64,000 bases of DNA from the human T2T-CHM13v2.0 reference genome, Homo sapiens. The stretch is taken from assembly GCF_009914755.1 (NCBI RefSeq), contig NC_060928.1. The stretch is one strand, 5' to 3'. A program made the translations under genes and the position numbers. The notes beneath the pieces are model-generated. The model worked only from the letters and a program-made list of their open reading frames with translations. It did not search any database and had not been told where the DNA came from. Below, piece by piece: positions 1 through 21,635 of this stretch; position 1 is the first letter of the stretch, and each line of letters starts with the position of its first letter.

Positions 1-484
1 TGCATCCAAATAGAAAAAGAGGAAGTCAAATTATCTCTCTTTACAGACCACATTATTCTACACTTAGAAAACCCTAAAGATTCTTCCAAAAGACCCCTAA
101 CCCTGATAAATGACTTCAGTAATGTTTCAGGATACAAAATAAATGTAAATGTACAAAAATCAGTAGCATTTCTATCCACTAATAACATTCAAGATGAAAA
201 CCAAATCAAGAATGCAATTTCATTTACAATAACCACAAAAAGAATAAAATACCTAAGAGTACATCTAACCAAGGAGGTGAAAGATTCCTACAAGGAGAAC
301 TACAAAATATTGCTGAAAGAAATCATAGATGACATAAACAAATGGAAAAACATTACATGCTCATGGATTGGAAGAATCGATATTGTTAAAATGTCCATAC
401 TGCCCAAAGCTATTTGTAGATTCATTGCAATTTCTATTAAATTACCCCTATTTATTAAATTACCCATCATTCTTCACAAAATTA
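1..484 (+). mobile_element. L1 ORF2 fragment (RT to C-terminal region), ends abruptly in mid-ORF2
   Basis: ORF 277-588 begins [46 protein letters not shown], matching L1 ORF2p; homology stops near 484. Confidence 0.9.
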
Positions 485-489
485 GGGGG

Positions 490-2130
490 ACACCTCCTTC
501 TATTCCTAGTTTGTTGAATATTTTTATCATGAAAGGGTACCAAATTTTATCAAATGCTTTTTCTGAATATATTAAGATGATCATATAAGTTTTATCTTTT
601 ATTCTATTAATATTATATTTTAGACTGATTTTCGTATGTTAGACCAACCTTGCATTCCTGGCATAAATCCTACTTGCTCATGATGTATAATGCTTGTATA
701 TGTTGCTGGATTCTGTTCCTAGCTTTCGTTGAGGATTTCTGTGTCTGTATTTATGAAGGATATTGATACGTAGTTTTCTTTCTTATGATGTCTTTGGTTT
801 TGGTGTCAGGATAATGCTTGCTAGAAAGCATCGGAAAGTGTTTCCCTCTATTCTATCTTTTGAAAGAATTTGCAGAAGATTGTTATTAGCTCTTCTCTGA
901 ATGGTAAAATTAATCAGTGAAGCCATCTGAGTCTGGGCTTTACTCTGTGACTATTTTTAAATTATTATTTATATTACTAATTGAATCTTTTCATTTATGA
1001 AAGTCTTTTTCAGATTTTCTATTTCTTCTTGAATAGTGTTGATTGTTTACATATTTCTACTAATTTGTCCGTTTCATCTAGAATGTCTAATTTGTTGGCA
1101 TAAAATTTCTTATACTGTTCTTTTATAATCCTTTTATTTCTGTAAAGTTGGTAGTAGTGTTTTCTTTTTCATTTCAAATTTAATAATTTGAGTTTCTTTT
1201 CTTTCTTTTTTTTTTTTTTGGACAGTCTAGCTAAAGTTTTGTAATTTTTGTCACTTTTCCAAAGAATCAGATTTCAGTTCCATTAGCTTTTTTTTTTTTG
1301 AAAACTGTTAGTTTATCTTTTATTTCATTGAAATAGAAAATGCTCTAATCTTTGTCATTTCCTTCGTTTGGGTTTAGTTTAGTTTGTTTTTTTTCTAGTT
1401 TCTTAGGGTAGAAGTTATTAAGATCTCTCTTCCCTTTAATTGTAGTGTTTAGTCCATTTATATTATGTAGTTACTGATAAGGTATTATTTATGTAGCCAC
1501 TTTGTAATTTTTTTATATGTCTTGTGGTTTTTCCCCCATTATTCCTCCATTACTTCTATCCTTTGTGTAATAAAAACATTTTCTAGTATGCTATTTTAAT
1601 TACTTTGTTCTTTCTTTTACTGTATTTTTGAGTTATTTTCTTACTGGTCACTTTGGGAATAACATTTTTGAGTTAAAACAGTCTGATGTATGTGTGTATG
1701 TGTTTTAGCAACTTTTTATTTCCATATAATTTCAAAATTACAAAAATTGTAAAAAAAAAAATCACAAAGAATTATATATGCTTTCAGTGTATCCCCAGAT
1801 TAACATTTTTCCTCATTTGTTTTATATTCTGTGTGTATGTTTTCAGAGCTAAAATTCCTAATTTTAATTAAGTTTAACATATTAACATATTATTATTATT
1901 AGTTCTTTTAACATCCTGTTTAGAAATCTGTCTACCCTAAAGTTATAAAGATCTTCCTTAATGCTTTTTCTAGAAGGTTTATTGTTTTACATTGTACATT
2001 TAGATCTACAAGCCTTCTGAAATCGTCTGCATATAATGTGTAGTTTGTACCAAAATTTATTTTTCCCTGTATGGAAACCCAATTAATACAGAACCATTTA
2101 CTGAAAATATCAATATTTGCCATTGGTTAA
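490..2130 (-). mobile_element. Old, fragmented L1M-type LINE-1 pieces (antisense)
   Basis: T-rich antisense ORF2-like sequence (e.g. ttgttgaatatttttatcatgaaagg, tttctagaaggtttattgttttac); ORF 1932-2123 has an L1-like LNVQCKTINLLE motif; heavily diverged. Confidence 0.7.
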
Positions 2131-2145
2131 TATATTCCTTCCCCC

Positions 2146-7951
<5,806 letters not shown>

Positions 7952-7956
7952 AAGTA

Positions 7957-8275
7957 TGTGACTTTAAGTAATCTACACTCTTCCGATGCCTCAGTTTCTT
8001 CCTTAGTAAAATATTTATTTTTGTGTATTCCTCTAGAGTTATTATAAATATTATAGGAGTAAGTGTGTGGTATGTGTCAATCATTCTGTGTGCTTAGCAT
8101 CAGAAAGTTAGCGTCATTCATTTAGTCACTCATTCATATGTGCCAGGTGCCTTCTTCTAATTAGGTAACCCCATGGATGCAGGGACATGATTCCTTTTAC
8201 TTAATAATGTATCCAGAGCACCTAAACCAGTGCCTAACGTGTAGTTGGTATTCAGTGAATATTTGTTTAATAAAT
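7957..8275. mobile_element. MIR and L2 3'-end fragments
   Basis: MIR core gcctcagtttcttcc (~7988); L2 tail motifs cattcatttagtcactcattca and gtgcctaacgtgtagttggtattcagtgaatatttgtt. Confidence 0.6.
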
Positions 8276-8282
8276 TATCTTG

Positions 8283-10933
<2,651 letters not shown>

Positions 10934-11445
10934 AGCAAAATAAACCCAAGGCAAGCTGAAAGAATGAAATAATAAACAGTAGAAATCAATGAAATTGAAA
11001 ATAGGAGAACAGTAGAGAAAATCAATGAAAGAATAAGCTGATTCTTCAAAAATATTTAAGAAAGTTGATCAAGCTCTAGCAAGACTGACAAACATAAAAT
11101 GAAAGAAGAACAAATAATGAAAACCAGGAATGAAACAGAGGCTACCAACACAGATTCTGCAGCCATTAAACAGATAAAGAGAATATTGTGAACACATTTT
11201 TACTCATAATTTTGATAGCTTAGAAGAAATGGACCAATTCCTCAAAAAGCACAAACTACCAAAATTCAACTAAGGAAAAAATGAACACTCCTATATCTGT
11301 TAAATAAATTAAATTCACAATAGCTTCTGAAAATTAAATCAGGCTCAGATGATTTCACAAGAGAATTCTATCAAACGTTTGAGGAAGAATTAGCACCAGT
11401 TTTACACAGTTTCTTCTGGAAATGGAAGAGAAGTGCATACTTTTA

Positions 11446-11796
11446 TATATATATATTTTTTTTTAAAGTTTATTCTTATTTTTATGAAAGTAGTAGAATC
11501 TTATTTAAAAAAATTATAAACAGTACACAAAAATTTAAGGAAAATAAAATGCCTCCATCCTTCTTCATTCTTCTCTCCATTATATATTTTAACAGAAGTA
11601 ATCAATGTTAATATTAGGTTGGTAATATATAGTACAATCATCCATATATTGAAATATACTTTATGGGATTGTATACAATTTTTTTCTTTTATGATTCATG
11701 ATTTTATGTCTACCTCAAGAAATCTTTGCCATCCTAAGATCACAAAGATTTTCTTGTTGTTTTTCTAGAAGCTTTATGGTTTTACCGCTTACGTTT
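11446..11796 (-). other. Putative L1 3'-transduced segment
   Basis: Lies inside the TSD, beyond the L1 A-tail, and ends in AATAAA (minus strand, 11469-11474) followed by a second A-rich tail. Confidence 0.8.
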
Positions 11797-12492
11797 AGTT
11801 TTTTTTTTATTTTATTATTAGGTTTCTTTTTTTATTTTGTTATTATACTTTAAGTTTTAGGGTACATGTGCACAATGTGCAGGTAGTTACATATGTATAC
11901 ATGTGCCACGCTGGTGTGCTGCACCCATTAACTCGTCATTTAGCATTAGGTATATCTCCTAATGCTATCCCTCCCCCCTCCCCACACCCCACAACAGTCC
12001 CCAGAGTGTGATGTTCCCCTTCCTGCGTCCATGTGTTCTCATTGTTCAATTCCCACCTGTGAGTGAGAACATGCGTGTTTGGTTTTTTGTTCTTCCGATA
12101 GTTTACTGAGAGTGATGATTTCCAATTTCATCCATGTCCCTACAAAGGACATGAACTCATCATTTTTTATGGCTGCATAGTATTCCATGGTGTATATGTG
12201 CCACATTTTCTTAATCCAGTCTATCATTGTTGGACATTTGGGTTGGTTCCAAGTCTTTGCTATTGTGAATAGTGCCACAATAAACATACGTGTGCATGTG
12301 TCTTTATAGCAGCATGATTTATAGTCCTTTGGGTATATACCCAGTAATGGGATGGCTGGGTCAAATGGTGTTTCTAGTTCTAGATCCCTGAGGAATTGCC
12401 ACAGTGACTTCCACAATGGATGGTTGAACTAGTTTACAGTCCCACCAACAGTGTAAAAGTGTTCCTATTTCTCCATATCCTCTCCAGCACCT
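11797..12492 (-). mobile_element. 5'-truncated L1PA (L1PA3-like), last ~0.7 kb
   Basis: Antisense 3' UTR (tatactttaagttttagggtacatgtgc; acaacagtccccagagtgtg); ORF 12039-12416 is the ORF2p C-terminus; TSD gtgcatactttta at 11433-11445 and 12493-12505. Confidence 0.95.
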
Positions 12493-12622
12493 GTGCATAC
12501 TTTTAAATTCATTTTATGAAACTTGTATTATCCTGATAACAAAAGCAGATGAAGACAGTATGATAAAAGAAAGACCAACATAGCTCATGAATATAGATGC
12601 AAAAATCTCAACAAAAATATTA

Positions 12623-12684
12623 TTAGGTTGGAGCAAAAGTAATTGTGGTTTTTAAAAACCACAATTACTTTTGCTCCAACCTAT
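12623..12684. mobile_element. MADE1 (Hsmar1-derived MITE), centre deleted, perfect palindrome
   Basis: ttaggttggagcaaaagtaattgtggttttt|aaaaaccacaattacttttgctccaaccta, flanked by TA at 12621-12622 and 12685-12686. Confidence 0.92.
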
Positions 12685-13903
12685 TATCAAGTAGAATCCA
12701 CCAGTGTACAAAAAGAATTACACACCACAACAAATTGAGATTCACTATAGACTTGCAACACTAGTTCGATATTTTTAAGGCAGTCAATGTAATCTACCAT
12801 GTTCAACAAGCTAAAGAAAAAATCCTATTATTATATCAATTGATGCAGAGAGAGCATCTCTGCATCTAACATCTGTGGTAAACATTCATGATAAAAACTC
12901 TCAGGCAACTAGAAAAAGAGGGTAACTTTTTCAATTTATAAGGAACATCACGGTGACAGACTGAATGCTTTCTCCCTAAGATTGGGCACAAGGTAAGGAT
13001 TTTTGCTTTTACTACTCTTACTTAGTAAACTGCTGGAAGTTCTAGCAACTGCAGTAAGTCAAGAGAAAAATAAGGCATATAGATTAGAAAAGAGAAAATA
13101 GAACTGTCTCTATTTTCAGATGGCATAGTTATTTACATTAAAAAACAAAGAATTTATTAAAATTAAAATATCCTGGAACTAAGAAGTACATATGTGTATG
13201 TGCGTGTGTGTGCAGTTGTGACAGCAAGGTTGTGGTCTACAACATTCGTGCATAAAGATCAACCTAGAACTGTGACAGCACCATTACAGTATACAGCACT
13301 AGCATCCAAAGATTAATCACATTTCTGTATACTGACAACGAACATGTGGAAAGCAACAATTTAGAAATCCCATTTACAGTCATTCCATAGATAATAAACC
13401 TAGATATAAATGTAACAAAAACATTTACACTATTTATTTGCTGAAAATCATAAAATGCTGATTACAGAAATCAAATAAGACCTAAATAAGTGGGGAAACA
13501 CATCCTGTTCATAGATGCAACATAGTAAAGATAACAGTTGTCCTCTAAGTGATTTAATGCAATTGCTATGAAAGTCCAAGAAAAGTTTTTTGCAGACATA
13601 GACAAACTTATTTTAAAATTAATGTGAAATGTCACAGGGTCTATAATAGCTAAGCAATTTTGAAAAAAAAATAAAGCAGGAGTCAGCCTACTCAATGTTA
13701 AGTTTTATTATGTAACTGTAGTAATCAAGACAATGTGGTATTAGCATAGGAACAGACACATAGATCAATGGAACAGAATTTGAACTACACAAATATGCCC
13801 AACTGCAAAGTTTCAAAAGCAATATCATGAAGGAAGGATAGCTTCTTCAACAAATAGTAATTGGACAACTGTAAGCAGAAGAATGAACCATCACCAAACC
13901 TCA

Positions 13904-14215
<312 letters not shown>

Positions 14216-15208
14216 AAAAACTCAAAATGGATCATGGATTGGAGTGTAAAGTGTAAAGCTATAAAACTTTTGAGAAAAAACATCATAGGAGAAAATAGAT
14301 AGAACCAGTCACATAGCCAACAAAGTAGCAAAACGGGCTGGGAAATTTGCAGGGTATTTTAAAACTTTTTATTAAATGAAGGAGATAAAATAAAAATACA
14401 AATTTTATTTTAAAAATATAACATTGATAGAAAAAGAGAAGAATGAAGAGCTAAGTGAAGAGTCTTCAGACTTGACACCAAAAGCATGTATCATAAAAGT
14501 GAAAATTGATAAACTGGACCTCATTAAAATTGAAGATTTATGCTCGGCAGAAGACTCTGTGAAGAGGATTAAAAGACAAGCTACAGAGGAGAAGAAAATA
14601 TTTGCAAACCACATATTTGACAAAGGACTTGTATCTAGACTATATAGTGAGTTCTCAAGTCTCAACAGTAAATTTTTTTAATCCAATTAAAAAATGAGCA
14701 AAAGACATGAACAGACATTTCCCAGAAGAGGACATACAAATAAACACATGAAAAAGTGTTCATCTTCCTTCTCCATTAGTGAAATGCAAATTAGCCATTA
14801 GGGAAATGCAAATGAGATGTGACTACACACCTGTCAGAATGGCTAGCTTAAAAATAGTGATAACATCAAGTGAAACAAACAGATCTGTATGTATCTTGGA
14901 TAAATTTTACAAGAATTACTTTAAGAGGGAAGATAAGCCACAAAACAGTAACAATAATACTCAGCAACACTTACTGAGTATTTATATGTCAAACACTGCT
15001 TCAAGTAATTAATATGCATAAACTCAATATTATCTAAAACTGTATGTATGTTTATCTGTTTTACAATTTTATATGATTTATGGATGCATATATTGTAAAA
15101 GTAAAAAGAAATAAGGAGTATCTCAACATCAAGTACTAATTATTAATACCTCTGGAAAGAGTAGATGAAGGAAGGAATAGATGGAGTAAGGCAATTCTTG
15201 AGTATTTT

Positions 15209-15545
<337 letters not shown>

Positions 15546-15649
15546 GAGTATTTTATTTTTTAAAGAGAGCTGACATTAATAAGGCAAAATGTAATGTCTG
15601 TTTAGTTTTGATGGAGAATATATATGTGTCTGTTATGCTACTTTCTGTA

Positions 15650-17012
15650 TAAATATATATATATATTTTCAAGTTATATATATATATAACTAAATATATA
15701 TAACTAAATATATATATAACTAAATATATATATTTAGATATATAATATATATTACATAATATATTATATATACAATATTATATATTGTATATATAATATA
15801 TTATATAGTATATATAATATATTATATACAATATTATATATAATATATATATTGTATATTATATATTATATACAATATAATATATTATATCATATATTAT
15901 ATATATTATATATATTAATTATATATATAATATATTACATATATAATATATAATATATATTACATATATAATATATAATATATATTACATATATAATATA
16001 TAATATATATTACATATATAATATATAATATATATTACATATATAATATATAATATATATTACATATATAATATATATTATATATTATATATATAATATA
16101 TAATATATTATATATATAATATATAATATATATTATATATATAATATAATATAATATATATCATATTATAATATGATATAATATAATAATAATATATTAT
16201 ATAATATCTTATATAATATATATTATATCATATATATTATATATTATATATTATACATATATATTATATATATTATATATTATATCATATATATTATATA
16301 TTATATATAATATATTATATATATTATATATAATATATAATATATATGATATAATATATATAATATATATAATATATAATATGTATGATATAATATATAT
16401 AATATATATAATATATAATATATATGATATAATATATAATATATATAATATATAATATATATGATATAATATATTATATATATAATATATATGATATAAT
16501 ATATTATATATTATATATATAATATATATGATATAATATATAATATATATAATACATTATAATATATAATATATATGTATAATATACATATTACATATAT
16601 ATAACATATAATATATATATATAACATATATATATATTATATATAACATATATATATTATATATAACATATATATATTATATATAACATATATATATTAT
16701 ATATAACATATAACATATATATAATATATAACATATAACATATATATAATATATAATATATAACATATGTATAATATATATTACATATATAATACATATA
16801 TATAATATATATAATGTATATGTATTATATATATTACATATATATAATATATATAATGTATATGTATTATATATAATACATATATATTACATATATACAT
16901 AATATATATAATATATATGTATAATATATATATTACATATATATAATATATATTATATATGTATAATATATTTATTATATATATATTACATGTATATATA
17001 TATATATATATA
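15650..17012. repeat. ~1.36-kb AT-rich compound tandem repeat
   Basis: Nearly pure A/T, with successive units such as tatatataactaaa, atataatatataatatatattacat (25-mer) and atataacatatatatattat (20-mer). Confidence 0.97.
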
Positions 17013-17319
17013 ACTTGAAAAAAATATGTAAGGAGGACATTAGGCTTAACCACTGAAGCAACACTCAGTGAACACTCATGCCCTGGACCAGGCCCTGAGT
17101 GGATGCTGGAGGATTCCAGGGAGGTCAGACAAGGTGCCATCTGCAAAGAGCTCCTATTCTTGTTTGGGAGGCTTCTTGGAGAAGGTGACAAGTGATTTCC
17201 TTATTTGAAGGATAAACAAAGAGTTAAGAGTTATTGACTTAAAAATCTATTGATGAGCTGCTGTGTTCAGTAGGCATTCATCTAAGTGTTTTGGATAGAA
17301 CTGTGAAAAATGTAGATCG

Positions 17320-17505
17320 GCACTTCTCAAAGTGCTGTCCCCATACCAACAGCATCAACATCACCTGAAAATCTGTTAGAATTGCCAAATTTCAGGTTTT
17401 GTCCCAGGCCTACCAAGTCAGAAACTCTGAGGTGAGGCCAGCAATCTGTGTTTTCACAAGGTCCCCAGATCCTTCTGAATGCCTGCTGAAGTTTGAGAAC
17501 CACTG
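17320..17505. mobile_element. MER5A (hAT-Charlie) within L2 remnants
   Basis: cacttctcaaagtg...cagcatcaacatcacctg...gaaactctgaggtgaggccagcaatctgtg...gtttgagaaccactg. Confidence 0.85.
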
Positions 17506-18261
17506 GTAGAGAAAGTCTTGGCTCTCAGGGCTTGCATTTGTGTGTGCTTGTGCACGTGTGTGTGTGTGTGTGCACGCTTGTGTGAATGCATGCACTTGTG
17601 TGTGTGATTGGGGGAAAGGGCAGACAGCACACAACAAAACAGGTGAGTAAATGAGATTATTTCATGTAGGGATAAATGTTATGAAGAGAGGTTTATAGGG
17701 GCTTAGAAAAAATTTTAGGAAGTCAGAAAGAAGTGGGGCTTCTTAAAACAGGCAGTGAAAGAAGGCCTGCCTGGGGAGTTGTCTTAGGAACTGAGACTAA
17801 ATGATGAGAAGGAGTGATAGGAAGATGGAGCAGGGAAAAGAACTGTAGGCAAGGAGACTAGCAAGTGCAAAGATCTCAACCCTGGAACAGAAAGAAGAAT
17901 GAAAGCCAAAATAAATAGATTGAGAAAAAAAAAGTTAGGAGCAAGATAAAATGAAATTGGAGAGTCCTGATCACATAGAGCTTTGTAGGCTAGGTTAAGG
18001 GATCCTGAATTTATTCCAGATATATTGGGACATCACTGCAGTGATTTAAATGGTGAATCAGCTAGACCCAGAATCACAGGGTAGGTACTTTCAGACAAGG
18101 GAACAGCATAAGAAAAGGTACACAGGTATGAGAGAGAAAGCACATTTGACTAACTCCAAGTCCCTCAGGATGACCAGAGCAAAGAGTTCATTCTGTAGAA
18201 GGATGCAGTGGGCTGGATTCATGGCAAAAGCTGTTGAGAATAATAAAAATAGCAAGTATTT

Positions 18262-18555
18262 TTTTTTTTTGAGACGGAGTCTTGCTCTGTCGCCCACACT
18301 GGAGTGCAGTGGCGTGATCTCCACTCACTGCAAGCTCTGCCCCCTGGGTTTATGCCATTCACCTGCCTCAGCCTCCTCAGTATCTGGGACTACAGGTGCC
18401 CGCCACCATGCCCAGCTAATTTTTTTGTGTGTATTTTTAGTAGAGATGGGGTTTCACTGTGTTTGCGAGGATGGTCTCGATCTCCTGACCTTGTGATCCA
18501 CCCGCCTTGGCCTCCCAAAGTGCTGGGATTACAGGCGTGAGCCACCACGCCTGGC
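18262..18555 (-). mobile_element. AluY/AluSc-like SINE
   Basis: Diagnostic cactgcaagctc and gatggtctcgatctcctgacc; 18-bp TSD taaaaatagcaagtattt at 18244-18261 and 18556-18573. Confidence 0.95.
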
Positions 18556-19124
18556 TAAAAATAGCAAGTATTTCTCAAGCACTCATTATGTGTCAGTCAC
18601 TTTTCCAGTCCCTTGACTCATAATAACTCCTGAAATCTTTGAAACACCAGGACGTAAACACCACAATAATTCCTGTATGACTAATGAGGATATGGGGCCC
18701 AGAACCTAGGACTTTGCCTCCAGAGCCTGTACACTTCAAAAGGGTTTGTGTGCTCTCCTGAATAGGGCTCATCACTGCTTACCAATGAAGCAATATTGCC
18801 TCAACTGCTCTCCTGCCTAAAGCAAAGGTCCTCCAACTAATTGGATATGTAGCTGCCAGAGCAGCTGTTCCAAAACTCAAATCTGACAAGGACTTTCTCC
18901 TGTTTCCAAATCCTCAGTGGCTTCCCCTTGTGCAAGAATAAAGTCCAAACTTCTTATCATGACTTACAAAGCCCTTCTTGAAGAGTCTTCTCCTCACTCC
19001 CATCTTACCCCTCTCCAGCACGCACCCAGGCATACAGAGCTGGAATCCATGCTCACCACTCCTCTCAGCCTTTGTTCATGCTGTTCCTTATTTCTGGACC
19101 ATTGTCCTTGCTCTCTGCTCCTCT

Positions 19125-19545
19125 CTGGTTCTATCAACCAGGGCTCAGCTTCAAGGAAGAGAATACAGTCTTGTTAGTTCAGAAGAAAGAGATTTGTTAC
19201 AGGGTATGAAATGTCTTCTCAGAATCCCTGGGAGGCAGAAGAGCTGACTCTGGGCTGAAACTCTGAGAGCTCTGCCCAAAGTCACAGGGAGAACTGACCT
19301 GCAGAGGATGTGGCTGCCTCTGCTGCGGGTGAGAAGCTGCCTCCCAGAATGAGACCTCAGACCTTGCCCCACTTAGCCATGTCTTATGTGGATGCAACTT
19401 ACTGAGAAACCTAAATCATGCAGGAACTCTAGCTGCAAGGGAGTCTGTGAAATGAACTTGGCAGATTTCTAGCCTTTGCATTTACAGGAAAGCACACTTG
19501 CAGGAGGGTGGAACAGACACTGATGAGCCAATTCAAGTCTCCACT
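19125..19545. mobile_element. Old MLT1-type MaLR LTR
   Basis: MLT1-like motif ggaactctagctgcaagggagtctgtgaaatg; very diverged. Confidence 0.5.
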
Positions 19546-19830
19546 CTACCTAGACGTCTCTTCCCCTTCAGAATCCCTCCCCTTTTTTGATAGGTCCCTC
19601 CCCTATGTGTTTCTACACTACCTTATCCTTCCCCTCCTAGAGTACAATGAGCACCTTGAGTAGAGCGGCCACATCTGGTTGATGAATGATTCCCCCTCCC
19701 ATGATAGGGCCTGGTACATAGTAGGTGTTCAACAAACATTCAGGCATATTCACCCTGCAGAACGCCTCTGCACTTAACATTTTCTTGGTCCAGTGCCTCT
19801 TGATTTTCATTACTAAGGCTGCATGGACTG

Positions 19831-19906
19831 TATTAGGTTGAACCATGTGAAATTGTTATTCCATAGTCAAAATGGTAAGCATTGGCAATTTCACATGGCT
19901 TAACCC
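19831..19906. mobile_element. MADE2 mariner-derived MITE
   Basis: tattaggttgaaccatgtgaaattg...caatttcacatggcttaacc imperfect inverted repeat. Confidence 0.8.
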
Positions 19907-21504
19907 TGTGTGTATCTATCAGTACTTTTTCAGCTATTGTTTACATTGAAAAAAATTATATTTACAGCCTTGAAACTCAATATAACATTTTTAACAATGT
20001 GATATCAGGTCAAGTCTCAAGTTACATTTCAAATACAACTAGTGAAATGTAAGAACCAAGTGTAGTCAGTTTGAAAAATCACATTAAGTATGTATCGCCA
20101 CAGGGATGTGCGTCTTAGACACTGCTGAGGGTAAACAAGACCATGTTACTGCAAAAGCCCAAAACTAAAACATCATTAACTATATTTAGTGTTTGATCAT
20201 GAGGATGGAATGGAAACACTTGACATATTAGCAGATGGATATCCTATCTATTTTGTTGTGTTTACATTGTATTTTAAGAAATTGGTTAAGAAATTTGGGT
20301 TGAAGAGTGATGCATTGTAATTTTTCCCACTTAAATAATGGGAAATACATTCTTAGTGTCTTCAAACAGAATGACTGGTTTTTAGGAACAGGTCGATTAT
20401 GTTCAATAGATGATGCATGTATACTGAATGATGAGAAGTGCATCACTGTAGACTCAGAAGAGTATGCACTGTGTAGTTGAAGGGAAGGGTCTTTGAGAGA
20501 GTACAAAAGGGCTTTGAAGATGTGGTTGGCAAAAGGATTTCAGAGGGAGGGGGTTGGAGCAAAGCTGAGTGCGACTCTAGGCAAGTTACTCAGCTTCTCT
20601 GAACATCAGTTCTGTCACCTCTAAAATAGCCATAATAATGCCTACACCAAAGTGTTGGAAGATTAAGTGAGATCTCCAATGTAAAGAGCTCACATAGAGC
20701 AAGGAGCCTCGGTCAATGGTATTAAAAAAAAAGCACTTAGGACCATGGCTACTACATAGGAAGCACTTAGCATATGTGAGTTATCATTTATCCTTTCCCA
20801 TTCTTTCATTCAATGCCCCTTGTAAGAGAATGCAAGTTATAAATGTCTTTTGGAATTTGGCCCAAGAAGAGCAGTTTGGCTTCATCTTATTTAATCAAGT
20901 GGTGAGGGCTGTGTTGGTCATTCCCCATTGCCCTTTGCTTTCTTTCCACTGCTAAGGGAGCAGGAGCTACTGTTTCAGGCTCACTGTCTGTCCCCGTGAA
21001 CAGTACGTGTGCCTCTCCTTCGTTGTACATTTTTCCCACTATCTCCTCTATCAGTCTTACCTGTCCTTTGTCAGCCACTACAAATTCTTTAGAAGCATGA
21101 AGGATATAGATTGAAATAAATAAAACCATGAAGGCACAAGGGCAATATTCTGCATTTATACAGATAGATAGCACTTTACAGTCTGCAAAGCCCCTCCAGT
21201 GGGACGGGGGCACCGTGGACCTGAAGCCTGCCTTCACCTCATCACGCGACTGCTCCTGCCCCCAACTGCCTCTGCCTGGAGGTGCTGGATGGCTTTGAGA
21301 GGTTCTCATCTTGTCGCCTTGGTCTACGGGAGGCCATTGGAAGCTAACCAGCGTCCTTCGACTTCCTGGGAAGGAGATAGGAGAATCAGTCCAGTGTGAA
21401 GAACAATGAGAGCCATCATGTTTGAGTGGCTTCAAGACTCTTGTGCCTCAAGTCAAATTAAAAAAAAAAAAAAAGTGGTGGGAGTGGGGGTGGGGGGTTG
21501 GGCT

Positions 21505-21635
21505 GGCTGAACACAGTGGCTCACACCTGTAATCCCAGCACTTTGGGAGGCCAAGGCAAGAGGATTGGTTGAGGACAGGAGTTCAAGACCAGCCTGGGCA
21601 ACACAGCAAGATTTTGTCTATGAAAAATAATAATA
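21505..21635 (+). mobile_element. Free left Alu monomer (FLAM-like)
   Basis: Single monomer ggctgaacacagtggctcacacc...gcctgggcaacacagcaaga followed by an A-rich tail. Confidence 0.85.

Noticed and set aside
15650-17012. Tandem units as a CRISPR-like array, and the 136-aa YI-rich ORF at 16781-17191
   Set aside because: No unique spacers, eukaryotic context; the ORF is translated low-complexity sequence.
20887-21435. 182-aa minus-strand ORF in non-repeat sequence
   Set aside because: No recognisable homology, non-ATG start and no convincing exon structure; cannot be supported without expression data.
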